Translations under genes and position numbers: made by a program
IMG/VR virus record: IMGVR_UViG_3300044614_001341
Span: 50,608 to 114,607 of that record
DNA: 64,000 nucleotides
Origin: a virus
Reading direction: 5' to 3' (one strand)
Notes under the pieces: model-generated
What the model was told of the DNA's origin: nothing
Databases searched by the model: none
What the model saw: the letters and a program-made list of their open reading frames with translations, nothing else
In this document: in pieces, positions 1-8,898 of the stretch
Layout: every line of letters begins with the position of its first letter
How positions within the stretch are numbered: position 1 is the stretch's first letter

Positions 1-395
1 GATGGTGAGCGTGTCAAGAAAGAAACCGCTGGAGGAGCAAATTTGATAAAGATTGCAATGACCGCTAAACCACCCAGCACTTGCCATCTAAATTTTGAAA
101 TACTTTCTACTTTTTCTTCTACCTTATCTATCCTTTCACCCAATTCTTTACTTATTTGTTCATGCTGTTCTCTTGATGATCTTTTAATATCTTCAATCAT
201 CGATACAATTAAATTGTCAGTTCTATTACACTGTTCAATCTTTTCATTATGAACGGCAAGCATTTGACTGATATTTTGACTCGTCTCACCAATCTTTTGA
301 ATTGCCGTATCAATTCTTTCCATCATCTGCTCATACACAGATAACCTTTCTTCCAATATTGCTATTTTTGTATCGGTAGATGATGGATTAAACAT
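1..395 (-). CDS. Partial (runs off the left end) coiled-coil protein with a C-terminal hydrophobic helix; conserved cyanophage hypothetical
   Basis: Hand-translated from ATG at 395: MFNPSSTDTKIAILEERLSVYEQMMERID...KFRWQVLGGLAVIAIFIKF; no stop before base 1; not in the ORF track. Confidence 0.8.
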   Translation of the reverse strand, partial: MFNPSSTDTKIAILEERLSVYEQMMERIDTAIQKIGETSQNISQMLAVHNEKIEQCNRTDNLIVSMIEDIKRSSREQHEQISKELGERIDKVEEKVESISKFRWQVLGGLAVIAIFIKFAPPAVSFLTRSP

Positions 396-403
396 TGTCC
401 TAA

Positions 404-610
404 TTATTGTGGTGGTTTTCTTCTTTGCATCCAACGAGAACGAGACCCTTTTCCACCATAGATATATCTTTTTTTCGGTGCAGGCATCACTGGGTCATAT
501 CCTGCAACAGGACCTTTTGGATCGGCGGCGCCAGTAAACCCATTGGCACCAACTACCATACCCTCCTCTTTAAGGGTTCTAATAATAGAAATAACTTTAT
601 CAATATCCAT
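404..610 (-). CDS. Small conserved cyanophage hypothetical protein
   Basis: Track ORF 404..637; the ATG at 610 (MDIDKV...) overlaps the upstream stop (TAATG) and is the likelier start. Confidence 0.7.
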   Translation of the reverse strand: MDIDKVISIIRTLKEEGMVVGANGFTGAADPKGPVAGYDPVMPAPKKRYIYGGKGSRSRWMQRRKPPQ

Positions 611-981
611 TAGATTGCTTGCAATTGAGAAAGACACTCATTGTCTTCCGGAATATCATGAATTTGAGTTCTAGGGTATTCTGGAAAACGATTCAAAAAC
701 AAAAGAAAACTTTTAATAGATGGCCACAGTTCTTTTTCTAAATTATAGAAAAGTAGAGGAACCGTAGCATCACTAAAAACATTAAAAAGTATGATTAAAT
801 GATTAAGTATAAGATGAGTCTTAAGCTCACCAGTATTCTTATATCTCTTTAGTAGTCTTTTAACATAACGAATTCTTTTCAAATCAGTTTCAAAATCCTC
901 CATCGTTACCGCTTGAGGATTATCGTAGAATTTTATAGCGAATAGTAAATAATTTTCTTCATTCAATTCATCAAATCTCAT
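610..981 (-). CDS. Conserved T4-like phage hypothetical protein
   Basis: 123-aa ORF; ELKTHLILNHLIILFNVF motif typical of marine and freshwater T4-like phages. Confidence 0.8.
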   Translation of the reverse strand: MRFDELNEENYLLFAIKFYDNPQAVTMEDFETDLKRIRYVKRLLKRYKNTGELKTHLILNHLIILFNVFSDATVPLLFYNLEKELWPSIKSFLLFLNRFPEYPRTQIHDIPEDNECLSQLQAI

Positions 982-991
982 ACATCAATTA

Positions 992-1576
992 TCAGCTTTC
1001 TGGATATCTGGAATCGTCGTCGGCGTCGTTAGTAATGCTACTTCCAGCGACTAGAGTTTCGGACTTAACTCTGAAATTGCCGTGATTATCAACGTAAGTT
1101 ACAATACCAACCCATCCAGCGTGAGCAACTGCATAAGCAGCATTTTTACCACCAACTGTTCTACCAGCTGCAACAGTAGCTTCAATAGTGCTTACACCAA
1201 CAACAGTTGAAAAATATGCTTTAGCACCATTACTATTTACCTTTACATCTGGTGCATAATATTGTCCATCCTCAAGAGTGTATTTTGGTTTTTGGGTTAC
1301 TGTATAAGCAACACCAACACTTATTCCTGGTCCAGTAGTCCCTATTCCAATGAGAAATTGAGTTGATCCAATTGAAAGTTGAGTAGCAGATGTTACTCCA
1401 GTTATAACCGCCTGTCCGTATGTTGCACCAACGCCAATGACTAGAATATCACCAGTAGAAATTCCAGCGGTTACAAAAGTTGTACCACTTCCAGTTACAA
1501 CTTCAGTAGTGAGATTGATTGTAATAGTTCCCGTAAGACCAGAACTGAATGAATCTTTATTGCCCCAAAGAGACAT
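992..1576 (-). CDS. Probable virion structural protein
   Basis: G/T/V-rich beta-type sequence, MSLWG start, HAGWV...RVKSETLVA end; late promoter TATAAATA at 1608-1615. Confidence 0.7.
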   Translation of the reverse strand: MSLWGNKDSFSSGLTGTITINLTTEVVTGSGTTFVTAGISTGDILVIGVGATYGQAVITGVTSATQLSIGSTQFLIGIGTTGPGISVGVAYTVTQKPKYTLEDGQYYAPDVKVNSNGAKAYFSTVVGVSTIEATVAAGRTVGGKNAAYAVAHAGWVGIVTYVDNHGNFRVKSETLVAGSSITNDADDDSRYPES

Positions 1577-1665
1577 GTTTCCCTACCTATAAATTCTGTT
1601 ATATTGATATTTATAAAAAAAGAAGACCTTTACTTTTGGCCTTCTTTATTTTATTTAATTTTATA

Positions 1666-1845
1666 TCAGGGTGTTAAATCTTGAGCACCTTTCTTCTTCA
1701 ATACTCCTTGAGCTTGAAGAAGAATAAGTGAAAGAATACCGTTTGACTTAACTTTTGGATTTGCTCCAAGTGCTTCCGAAACTGCAAAAAGAACGGTTGC
1801 GATAAGAGCCTGATTTGCTAAACACCAAGCGACGACTGCCGACAT
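1666..1845 (-). CDS. 59-aa small membrane protein (holin-like candidate)
   Basis: Hand-translated MSAVVAWCLANQALIATVLFAVSEALGANPKVKSNGILSLILLQAQGVLKKKGAQDLTP; GGAGG SD 5 nt upstream; below track cutoff. Confidence 0.75.
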   Translation of the reverse strand: MSAVVAWCLANQALIATVLFAVSEALGANPKVKSNGILSLILLQAQGVLKKKGAQDLTP

Positions 1846-1885
1846 GATGACCTCCGCGTGAAGAGTATCATGTATTATTTAGGAA

Positions 1886-3523
1886 TCAATCAAATCTAGA
1901 ACCAAGGTCAGGTCTTTTTCTTGCTTGCTTAGCAGCATATCTGCCTTCACCCTGCTTACTTTCAGGTTTCGCATAAATTCCACCCGGTTGATCTACGTAT
2001 CTACGACTTGATGCACGTCTTTCCTCTTTTGTTCTACCTTCTTTACCTCTGGTATGAGGATTTTGTCCCCCAGAATAAGAAGTTTGTGGGTTGGCAATTC
2101 CACCAATTTTCGTCTTTTGGCGCTGTCTTTGTGCTCCAGTAGAACCAAGTCCTCTCTTTTCTTCTGCTCTTGCTTCATCAACCATTTCACCTTCTAGATC
2201 ATAAGAACACTTAAGACCAATTGCTCTCAGTTTGTTTTTAGCAAGATTCATAGCAGTTGGAATTGAACGGGGATCCATTTCATCCTGTTCTTTCTTTGCT
2301 TTTTTATCTGCCTGAACAACTGTTTCTTCTTTTACTGGTTTCGTTGGTTTTGTTTTTGCACCCCCAAAAATTTTTTGAACATTTTGCGGAAGTTCATCTA
2401 CAAATTTATAAACCGAAGGTGGAACATTGGGAGCACTTCCACCACCTTTTGGTTCTGCTGCTTCTTTAACATGACCAGGAAGATCTTTGTGCTTGGTCTT
2501 TGCAAATTTCTTTGCTTCTTTCTTACTCATTCCTGCTGCTGCTTTTGCAACTTCTGGAGATGCTGGTTTTGCTCCCTTTTTAGCAGCATAAACCATTCCC
2601 ATAAACTTTTGTTGGGCGGTACTTACTGCCTTTTCTGTAATGAAAGGTCCTTCCATTTCATGATGAGCAACTTGCATATAAGAAGTTGAATTTTTTCCAG
2701 TTCCAGGAACTTCTGGATTAATAGTAATAGAATTCTTACCCTTCATCACATCAATTTTCTTTTGATTTGCATCAGGATTTACTTTTTCATCATTTACTTC
2801 GCCAAGAAATGCTTCCGCAACACCCTTTCTTTTACCAATCGCAGTACTTCTAACTTTTCTACGATTCAGAAGATACTTATCAGTCTTATCGTGGTCACCG
2901 TCATTATCAATGTCCTTATCTTCCTTACCAACTGGGTCTAAACCTTTACCTGCCTTTGCTCTTGCAGTTTGCTCACCTTTCTTTTTTTCACCTTCATAAG
3001 GTTCACCATACCCAGTCATTTCGACAGATTGAATGTTTGAATTGGAACGAAGTGCATTAATCTTTTCGCGGTCAGCATATCTTACATATGAACGACCATC
3101 CTTACCCGTAACTCTTACCTTATATTTTCTATGTTCAGAAGCTTCTAACTTTTCCATATATGTTAGAACGATTGGTTCCTCTTCTTTTTGAACCCCCTCT
3201 ACAAATACCATGTAAAGTGCATTTGCTACATTGGATGAAGCAAATTCTTCAATATTAAATTCTTCTGCTTTCATCCCACCTTTACCAAATAATTTCTGCT
3301 TTACCAGAGTTTTCTCTTGTTGACTCATACTACTGTTTGCAATATATTGTGAATATGCTTGTTGAAGAGGTAACTCTTCTCTTCTAGCACGATAACGAAT
3401 ATCATAAATTGCTTGCTTTACTCTTTTTTCTGGAGATTTACCACCAGCTTCCTTTTTATCTCCAGCAGCAGCGGCAGGAGCGTGTTTTCTTGCTGGAAGC
3501 TCTTCAGCAATATGTTTTTTCAT
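1886..3523 (-). CDS. Modular basic/acidic protein, probable internal virion protein
   Basis: 545-aa ORF; modules such as AVSTAQQKFMGMVYAAKKG and DKDIDNDGDHDKTDKYL separated by acidic linkers. Confidence 0.75.
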   Translation of the reverse strand: MKKHIAEELPARKHAPAAAAGDKKEAGGKSPEKRVKQAIYDIRYRARREELPLQQAYSQYIANSSMSQQEKTLVKQKLFGKGGMKAEEFNIEEFASSNVANALYMVFVEGVQKEEEPIVLTYMEKLEASEHRKYKVRVTGKDGRSYVRYADREKINALRSNSNIQSVEMTGYGEPYEGEKKKGEQTARAKAGKGLDPVGKEDKDIDNDGDHDKTDKYLLNRRKVRSTAIGKRKGVAEAFLGEVNDEKVNPDANQKKIDVMKGKNSITINPEVPGTGKNSTSYMQVAHHEMEGPFITEKAVSTAQQKFMGMVYAAKKGAKPASPEVAKAAAGMSKKEAKKFAKTKHKDLPGHVKEAAEPKGGGSAPNVPPSVYKFVDELPQNVQKIFGGAKTKPTKPVKEETVVQADKKAKKEQDEMDPRSIPTAMNLAKNKLRAIGLKCSYDLEGEMVDEARAEEKRGLGSTGAQRQRQKTKIGGIANPQTSYSGGQNPHTRGKEGRTKEERRASSRRYVDQPGGIYAKPESKQGEGRYAAKQARKRPDLGSRFD

Positions 3524-3532
3524 GAGTAAACT

Positions 3533-4849
3533 TTACTTCTTACTTTTTCTATATTTATTTATGAATTGCTTAATATCATATCCCAAATATGCCTTTCCGC
3601 CCGCTTGAAGATTTTCTTTTCCAGTTCCAACTGCACCTGGAGTCATATCTGAAAAATGTTTGAAGGCGCCCAAAGTTCCAGTAAGAGTATTAGGATGAAT
3701 ATTATCTCTCATTTTACGATCCATTCTAACCTCAGTGTATTCTACTAAGTCTTTGATCCAAGACTTGAACATTTGACCAGACTCAGTTACACAAATTAGA
3801 TAGTTGGTGCCTCTACGAATAATACGACCAACTAATCCAGTATTTAAATTTTCAACTTTTTCACCAAGTTTAAAAATAGATTCTGTAAGATAGTTTTCAC
3901 GAAGAGTTTGAAAATCAAACTTAGGTGCAATCTCCCAAATACTCCACCCTTCTTTAACACTCATTGCACCACGAAGGATATTAAAAAGTTCTTTTGCTTC
4001 AGCAGGTTTAACCTCTGGGGGAAGACCTGAACGGAAAGTTTTAAAGTCACCTTCTGCTGCAGCAAGCCTCATTCTAGATGCGGACATTCCTTCTACACCT
4101 TTTGCGTCAGGATCTCTATCTCCAGCAGACATAACTTCAATATTATCGAAGTTATATAATTGACCATTATATTGATTAGAAAGTTTTTCAAACTCTTTAA
4201 CTCTATCTCCACCACCAATAATTCTTACACCAGCATAACCATTATTATGTGCCATTTTTAAGACATCAAAAATGGTTTTAGTATTAGAGTCATTTACAAT
4301 ATTGCCCGCATGATTTGGATAAAACTTTTGCATATAAGCAATCTTTGTATCAGGATCAAGAGGATTCTTTTTCTTATCCTGACTTCTTGAAGGAAAGATT
4401 AGATATTGTCCATCTTTATCTTGAGATGCTGCTTGTGCCGCAACGTCCATTAATTGCTGGTGTCCAATTGTTGGTGGGTTAAAACGACCAAAAGCGACCG
4501 TAAGAGTTCCTTTTGTTTTGGGAACTGGAAGATATCGTGCAGGTGGTTGTTCTTGTGCTGCTGCTTGTTGCTCTGGTGCAGGTGCTTGCTGCTGAACAGG
4601 TTGCTGTTGAAGTTCTGGGTCATTATACCCAGGTGATGCAATTGTTTTTTCTTTTTCAGTTTGTACTGGATCTTTACCACCAACTTTTTGACGCTTATTA
4701 TAAAACTTAAGTTGCCCGCCTTCAGTTTTTGCTACAAACTCTCCTTGCTTATCGTACCAACCACCATGCCCATCTCCAACAAGTCCAAGACGCTGTGCTT
4801 GCTGAGATGCGGTTGCTTCTGTTATGAATTGGAAAAAACTTTTCATCAT
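3533..4849 (-). CDS. Cytidyltransferase-like nucleotidyltransferase (HIGH-family fold)
   Basis: FGRFNPPTIGH and MSASRMR motifs; conserved cyanomyovirus gene. Confidence 0.85.
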   Translation of the reverse strand: MMKSFFQFITEATASQQAQRLGLVGDGHGGWYDKQGEFVAKTEGGQLKFYNKRQKVGGKDPVQTEKEKTIASPGYNDPELQQQPVQQQAPAPEQQAAAQEQPPARYLPVPKTKGTLTVAFGRFNPPTIGHQQLMDVAAQAASQDKDGQYLIFPSRSQDKKKNPLDPDTKIAYMQKFYPNHAGNIVNDSNTKTIFDVLKMAHNNGYAGVRIIGGGDRVKEFEKLSNQYNGQLYNFDNIEVMSAGDRDPDAKGVEGMSASRMRLAAAEGDFKTFRSGLPPEVKPAEAKELFNILRGAMSVKEGWSIWEIAPKFDFQTLRENYLTESIFKLGEKVENLNTGLVGRIIRRGTNYLICVTESGQMFKSWIKDLVEYTEVRMDRKMRDNIHPNTLTGTLGAFKHFSDMTPGAVGTGKENLQAGGKAYLGYDIKQFINKYRKSKK

Positions 4850-4893
4850 CTATTAGAATATGTATTCATTTACTCTTATATAATGTATTTATT

Positions 4894-5817
4894 CTACACA
4901 AATCTTGCAACGGTCCTTCCCCCAAGAGGATTAATCGTAATTCTTGCCCCTTTTATACCATGATCACTTCTATCACCTTTATACACTGCTAAAAATATTG
5001 GTTCATAAGGACCAGTAATTCTATCACCATTATTCATTTTATGACCAGAAGACGTGAGTTCATAATATGTCCCTCTCTTTAAAACATTCAAAGTTCCTTG
5101 CATTGTTACATCTACATTATTTTCACCTGCAGGACCACTATAATTTTGACCATATACTGCTAATTTTTTTAATGTATCATCCTGTATTCTTCTACCTACT
5201 GTAGTTGCTGGAGGCATACCATCAGGAAACATATTCATCAGAGTGTTTATAAATGCTTGAGTTTCTGGATGTCCATAAATTGTAGGTTCAACTCTTTTAG
5301 ATGTTCCTGCCCATTGTTGAAATCCCCTTGGACCAGATCCAGCTTTATGAGATACGTGCCCAACATATCCACCCTGACCTACAAAATGAAAATCACATTT
5401 TGGTGTTCCTGGTGTACTTTCACAAAGACCAACTTGATATGTTATTTTTCCCACTTTTAATGGAACAAAATCTGTACCAAGTTGATCCATTATTTTTGTC
5501 AGTTGCTTATTAATACTAATAACTTCGGCGTCTTCTTTTGCCGTTGTTGCTTGAGTTCTTCCAGAAAATTCAGAATCCTTATAAAGTTCTGTGAGTCTTA
5601 TTTCCTTTCCAGAATCAGTCAAAAGAACTATTGATTGACCCTTTTTAAATTTGTTAAAATTAGAAATACTTGTTAATTCTTTTAACAAATTTTTATTTAA
5701 TTTTACAGATGCACCGTTACCATCGTTTACTTTAAATTCTTTTGCGTTACGAATTCTAGATACAAAGATATTAAAATTATTTCTTTTTGCAAGTTCGGAT
5801 ACTGATAACGTAGCCAT
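4894..5817 (-). CDS. Putative PD-(D/E)XK restriction-like nuclease
   Basis: E...GTPKCDF...VSHK motif pattern; late promoter-like CTAAATA upstream. Confidence 0.55.
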   Translation of the reverse strand: MATLSVSELAKRNNFNIFVSRIRNAKEFKVNDGNGASVKLNKNLLKELTSISNFNKFKKGQSIVLLTDSGKEIRLTELYKDSEFSGRTQATTAKEDAEVISINKQLTKIMDQLGTDFVPLKVGKITYQVGLCESTPGTPKCDFHFVGQGGYVGHVSHKAGSGPRGFQQWAGTSKRVEPTIYGHPETQAFINTLMNMFPDGMPPATTVGRRIQDDTLKKLAVYGQNYSGPAGENNVDVTMQGTLNVLKRGTYYELTSSGHKMNNGDRITGPYEPIFLAVYKGDRSDHGIKGARITINPLGGRTVARFV

Positions 5818-5836
5818 TTTTATTTTTATTTAGAAG

Positions 5837-5918
5837 TGCCCAAAAGAGGACTTGAACCTCCACTCCTTACGGAACAAGTGCCTAAAACTTGCGTGGCTAC
5901 CAATTACACCATTTGGGC
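5837..5918 (-). tRNA. tRNA-Leu(UAG)
   Basis: Acceptor GCCCAAA/TTTGGGC; anticodon arm CAAGT-TTTAGGC-ACTTG; long variable arm TTCC-GTAA-GGAG; T arm GGAGG-TTCAAGT-CCTCT; CCA not encoded. Confidence 0.95.
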
Positions 5919-6365
5919 TAATGAATTTCTTCCACAAAAAGTTTCAGTTTGTGAATGACAATTTGGACAAAGCAATCTTAAATTTGAAACTTCATTATTA
6001 TAACATAATCCATCAATATGGTCAACTTGCATTCTTAAATATTTTCCATTCCAAACAGATGCAATTCCACACTCAAAACAATAATCTCCATTTTTTTCAA
6101 CTAACAATCTATGTAAGATTGATCTTCTACATTTATTACCTCTAGATAAAACATATTCCTCCAAACTATTCCATTTATTTTGTCCACCAAATTTAGATAA
6201 TTTTTTAGTATTATTTGGTTTGTATTCAGGTATCCATTTTTTATATCTAGAGCGTAATGTATCCGGTTTACAATTTAATTCTAAACATAATTCAGTTGGA
6301 GTTTTTTTGCCATTTAATAAGGATTTAATTATATAATCTTTTTTTAAATCTATATCTTTTCTCAT
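5904..6365 (-). mobile_element. Free-standing HNH homing endonuclease gene between two tRNAs
   Basis: CFECG...QVDHIDG...NEVSNLRLLCPNCHSQT HNH/zinc motif; N-terminal HTH-like region; AT-rich. Confidence 0.85.
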
Positions 6366-6370
6366 AATTA

Positions 6371-6405
6371 GTAAACGTGCTAGTATTATTTATATTAGCG
6401 TCTAC
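6371..6405 (-). promoter_or_regulatory. T4 late promoter (TATAAATA) embedded in a hairpin upstream of the HNH gene
   Basis: GTAGACG-CTAATAT-AAATA-ATACTAG-CA-CGTTTAC on the minus strand, ending 5 nt before the ATG. Confidence 0.7.
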
Positions 6406-6411
6406 CTATAA

Positions 6412-6483
6412 TGGAGTGTAAGGAAATCGAATCCTTATTGCTGGAATGCAAATCCAGAGTAATAACCGTTATACGAACACCCC
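6412..6483 (-). tRNA. tRNA-Ala(UGC)
   Basis: Acceptor GGGGTGT/ACACTCC with the G3:U70 Ala identity pair; anticodon loop TT-TGC-AT in stem CTGGA/TCCAG; T arm AAGGA-TTCGATT-TCCTT. Confidence 0.93.
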
Positions 6484-6492
6484 AATAAAACC

Positions 6493-6521
6493 ATTATATC
6501 ACCGAAGTGGCATAAGGTCAA
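6493..6521 (-). promoter_or_regulatory. Sigma70-type promoter for the tRNA-HNH-tRNA unit
   Basis: TTGACC-17 bp-TATAAT, ending 9 nt upstream of tRNA-Ala. Confidence 0.8.
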
Positions 6522-6906
6522 ATAGTTCTGGATGAAGTTGCCCATACTTACGCATCAATTCACCTGCTTTTGCATTTGCTTGATTTTCAGTTGGACTCCC
6601 AGCATGAGAACTCTTACGGTCTAAACCTTTCTCCATATGCTGCTTATAATGAACATATTCATGAGCAAGAGTTCTCAAAATATCCATAGGATGACGATTG
6701 ATAATACTTAAGTGAATAGCATTATCTCTCGATATTTCCCCAAACGCTGCAATTCTTTTTGCAAAGTCAGCATCATCTATGAGAATGACTGGAATATCAT
6801 AAGTAAGACGCAACTCTCTTTTTAAGAAGATAGTAAATCTTTTGAGAATTGCGTCAAACTGAATTTGAGTAACTGGTCTTCCTTTTCTTTTTCCAAGAAG
6901 AGACAT
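6499..6906 (-). CDS. Small zincin-like metallopeptidase
   Basis: LRTLAHEYVHYKQ (HExxH) plus downstream ENQANA. Confidence 0.7.
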   Translation of the reverse strand: MSLLGKRKGRPVTQIQFDAILKRFTIFLKRELRLTYDIPVILIDDADFAKRIAAFGEISRDNAIHLSIINRHPMDILRTLAHEYVHYKQHMEKGLDRKSSHAGSPTENQANAKAGELMRKYGQLHPELFDLMPLR

Positions 6907-6923
6907 ATTTTTTAAAATATTTA

Positions 6924-7109
6924 TTAGGCACCAAGAACAGCACCAATACCATCATCGATATCTTGAATTACTGTACGAATACTAGAAATACGAGGAGGAA
7001 CAATTACATCATCATAAGTATATCCTTTTTGCGCCTCAAACAGAACTTGACGGACTGCAGCGGCGGATCGAGCATCCATTTTAATTGTTACTTTTTTATC
7101 TTTAGTCAT
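6924..7109 (-). CDS. Small conserved cyanophage hypothetical protein
   Basis: 61-aa ORF coupled to mazG by an ATGA overlap. Confidence 0.7.
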   Translation of the reverse strand: MTKDKKVTIKMDARSAAAVRQVLFEAQKGYTYDDVIVPPRISSIRTVIQDIDDGIGAVLGA

Positions 7110-7519
7110 CGGTCATCAGGTGCTCTATTTTCCGAAAAGTATGAATCAAACGCACCCTCAGGATAACGCTTGAGAAGTTTTTGAACATTACGAGCAACAA
7201 CATCATCGAGTGTAGTATCCAGTGCCATACAAGCCTGGGCAACATACCACATAATATCACCCAGTTCAATAATCAGGTGCTCACGATTATCCTCATTATA
7301 AGGTTTACCTTGAAACACCATCTTCTTAACAATCTCCATAAACTCACCACCTTCTGCATTAATACCAACAGCAGAAGTCAGAAGACGCTCAATATTTGCA
7401 CCTTTCTCATCCAGTTCAACCAGGCGATCAGAAAGGGCAAGAAAGTCTTTAGATGCGTCAGAAGTTACGGCATCTACAAACTCAGCGTACTTATCAAAAT
7501 TAACGTGTTTAGTTTCCAT
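7106..7519 (-). CDS. mazG: MazG nucleoside triphosphate pyrophosphohydrolase
   Basis: GINAEGGEFMEIVKK...IELGDIMWY motif; directly downstream of gp41. Confidence 0.92.
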   Translation of the reverse strand: METKHVNFDKYAEFVDAVTSDASKDFLALSDRLVELDEKGANIERLLTSAVGINAEGGEFMEIVKKMVFQGKPYNEDNREHLIIELGDIMWYVAQACMALDTTLDDVVARNVQKLLKRYPEGAFDSYFSENRAPDDR

Positions 7520-8898
7520 TAAAATTTAAATCCTTCAAATGACTTTTTGAGTTTCTTGTCTTCGTAATCATTATACTCGTCTTCGTTTCCAGAGTCAAGT
7601 ATGTCTTTTTGTGCTGACTGTTCACAATCATACAGTCTCATTTTAGCACGATCAATACCCACAATAAAACGCTTAAAGATTGTTGGGTCATTATAACGAT
7701 TCTTCAATTGTTTCACCATAATCTGTCCCAATCCCTCCAACTCTTCAGTGCTAATAAGGGCAAACATAAGATCAGCAGTAGCAGGGAGACCAAAGGACTC
7801 ACTAGTATCAGTAAGTTCAACATCAGAATTACCATAACCACTGCGGGTAGTCTGGGTAGCAGAGACAATGGGAACATTGAATTCCACTGCCAAACCGCGA
7901 AGTTCCTCTGCAATTGACTTAATGTATGAATAAGAATTGATAGAACTGTTTGCCTTATGCCTAGAGGAAGCACAAATATTAAGGTAGTCAATGAAAATAA
8001 TATCAGGTCGAAATGATTTCTTAAGAGCAAGTTCATTGAGAAGTGCCTTGAAATGTCCTGAGTGTGCAGAAGCGGTAGGATATTCTTTGATTACCAAAGA
8101 ACCTTGTGTCTTCTTTGCAATATTATTTACTTTATTTTCAAATGCCGAACGTGGGAGATCAACCAGTTGCTGAATCGGGACATTGAGAAGGTTTGCATCA
8201 ATTCTTTCTGCAATTCGTTCTTCCGCCATCTCAAGAGTGATGTAGAGTACGTTCCTACCCTGTAGCAACGCGGCACTAGCAACGTGACACATGAACAACG
8301 ATTTCCCAACACCCGTTCCAGCGAGAGCAATATTGAGAGTCTTGTTAGGTAAACCACCTTTCGTGATTTTGTTGAAATATTCCAAGTCAAACTCGATTTT
8401 ATCTTCTTTACGGTGGTAAAATTCATAACGCTCTCCATAATTTTGAAGATAATCGTGTCCAATATTATTATCAAAAGATACTGCTAGAGCATCTGAAAGA
8501 ATACTTGGAATAGCATCACGATTTTTCTTCCCATCATTACCATCGGCAATATGAATAGACTCCATAAGTGCTAGGTAAATGGCACGATCACGACACCACT
8601 TTTCTGTGGTGTCAAGAATCCATTGCTTATCTACTATAGCATCGTTCAAAGATGCATTGATTTCTCGAATCTCCTTGACTTCAGTTTCATTGAGATCTGT
8701 GCGATTTTCTACCTCAATGTTGAGTGCTTCAATGGTGATTGCTGAACCATACTTAACAATGAATTGAACAATCTCCTCAAAAATGACCTTCTCCGCCTTT
8801 TGCTCAAAATAATCTGGTTGTATGAAAGGTATAACTTTTCGTGAGTAATCTTCATTAAATACAAGGTTCCTTAAAATAGTAGTTTCAATTCTTTCCAT
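7519..8898 (-). CDS. gp41: Replicative DNA helicase (T4 gp41, DnaB-like)
   Basis: Walker A AGTGVGKS; LYITLEM; IFIDYL; QLKNRY. Confidence 0.96.
   Translation of the reverse strand: MERIETTILRNLVFNEDYSRKVIPFIQPDYFEQKAEKVIFEEIVQFIVKYGSAITIEALNIEVENRTDLNETEVKEIREINASLNDAIVDKQWILDTTEKWCRDRAIYLALMESIHIADGNDGKKNRDAIPSILSDALAVSFDNNIGHDYLQNYGERYEFYHRKEDKIEFDLEYFNKITKGGLPNKTLNIALAGTGVGKSLFMCHVASAALLQGRNVLYITLEMAEERIAERIDANLLNVPIQQLVDLPRSAFENKVNNIAKKTQGSLVIKEYPTASAHSGHFKALLNELALKKSFRPDIIFIDYLNICASSRHKANSSINSYSYIKSIAEELRGLAVEFNVPIVSATQTTRSGYGNSDVELTDTSESFGLPATADLMFALISTEELEGLGQIMVKQLKNRYNDPTIFKRFIVGIDRAKMRLYDCEQSAQKDILDSGNEDEYNDYEDKKLKKSFEGFKF

Noticed and set aside
6412-6483. Reading this tRNA as Cys(GCA)
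   Set aside because: The 7-nt loop TTTGCAT centres on TGC, and the acceptor stem has G3:U70 with discriminator A, so it is Ala
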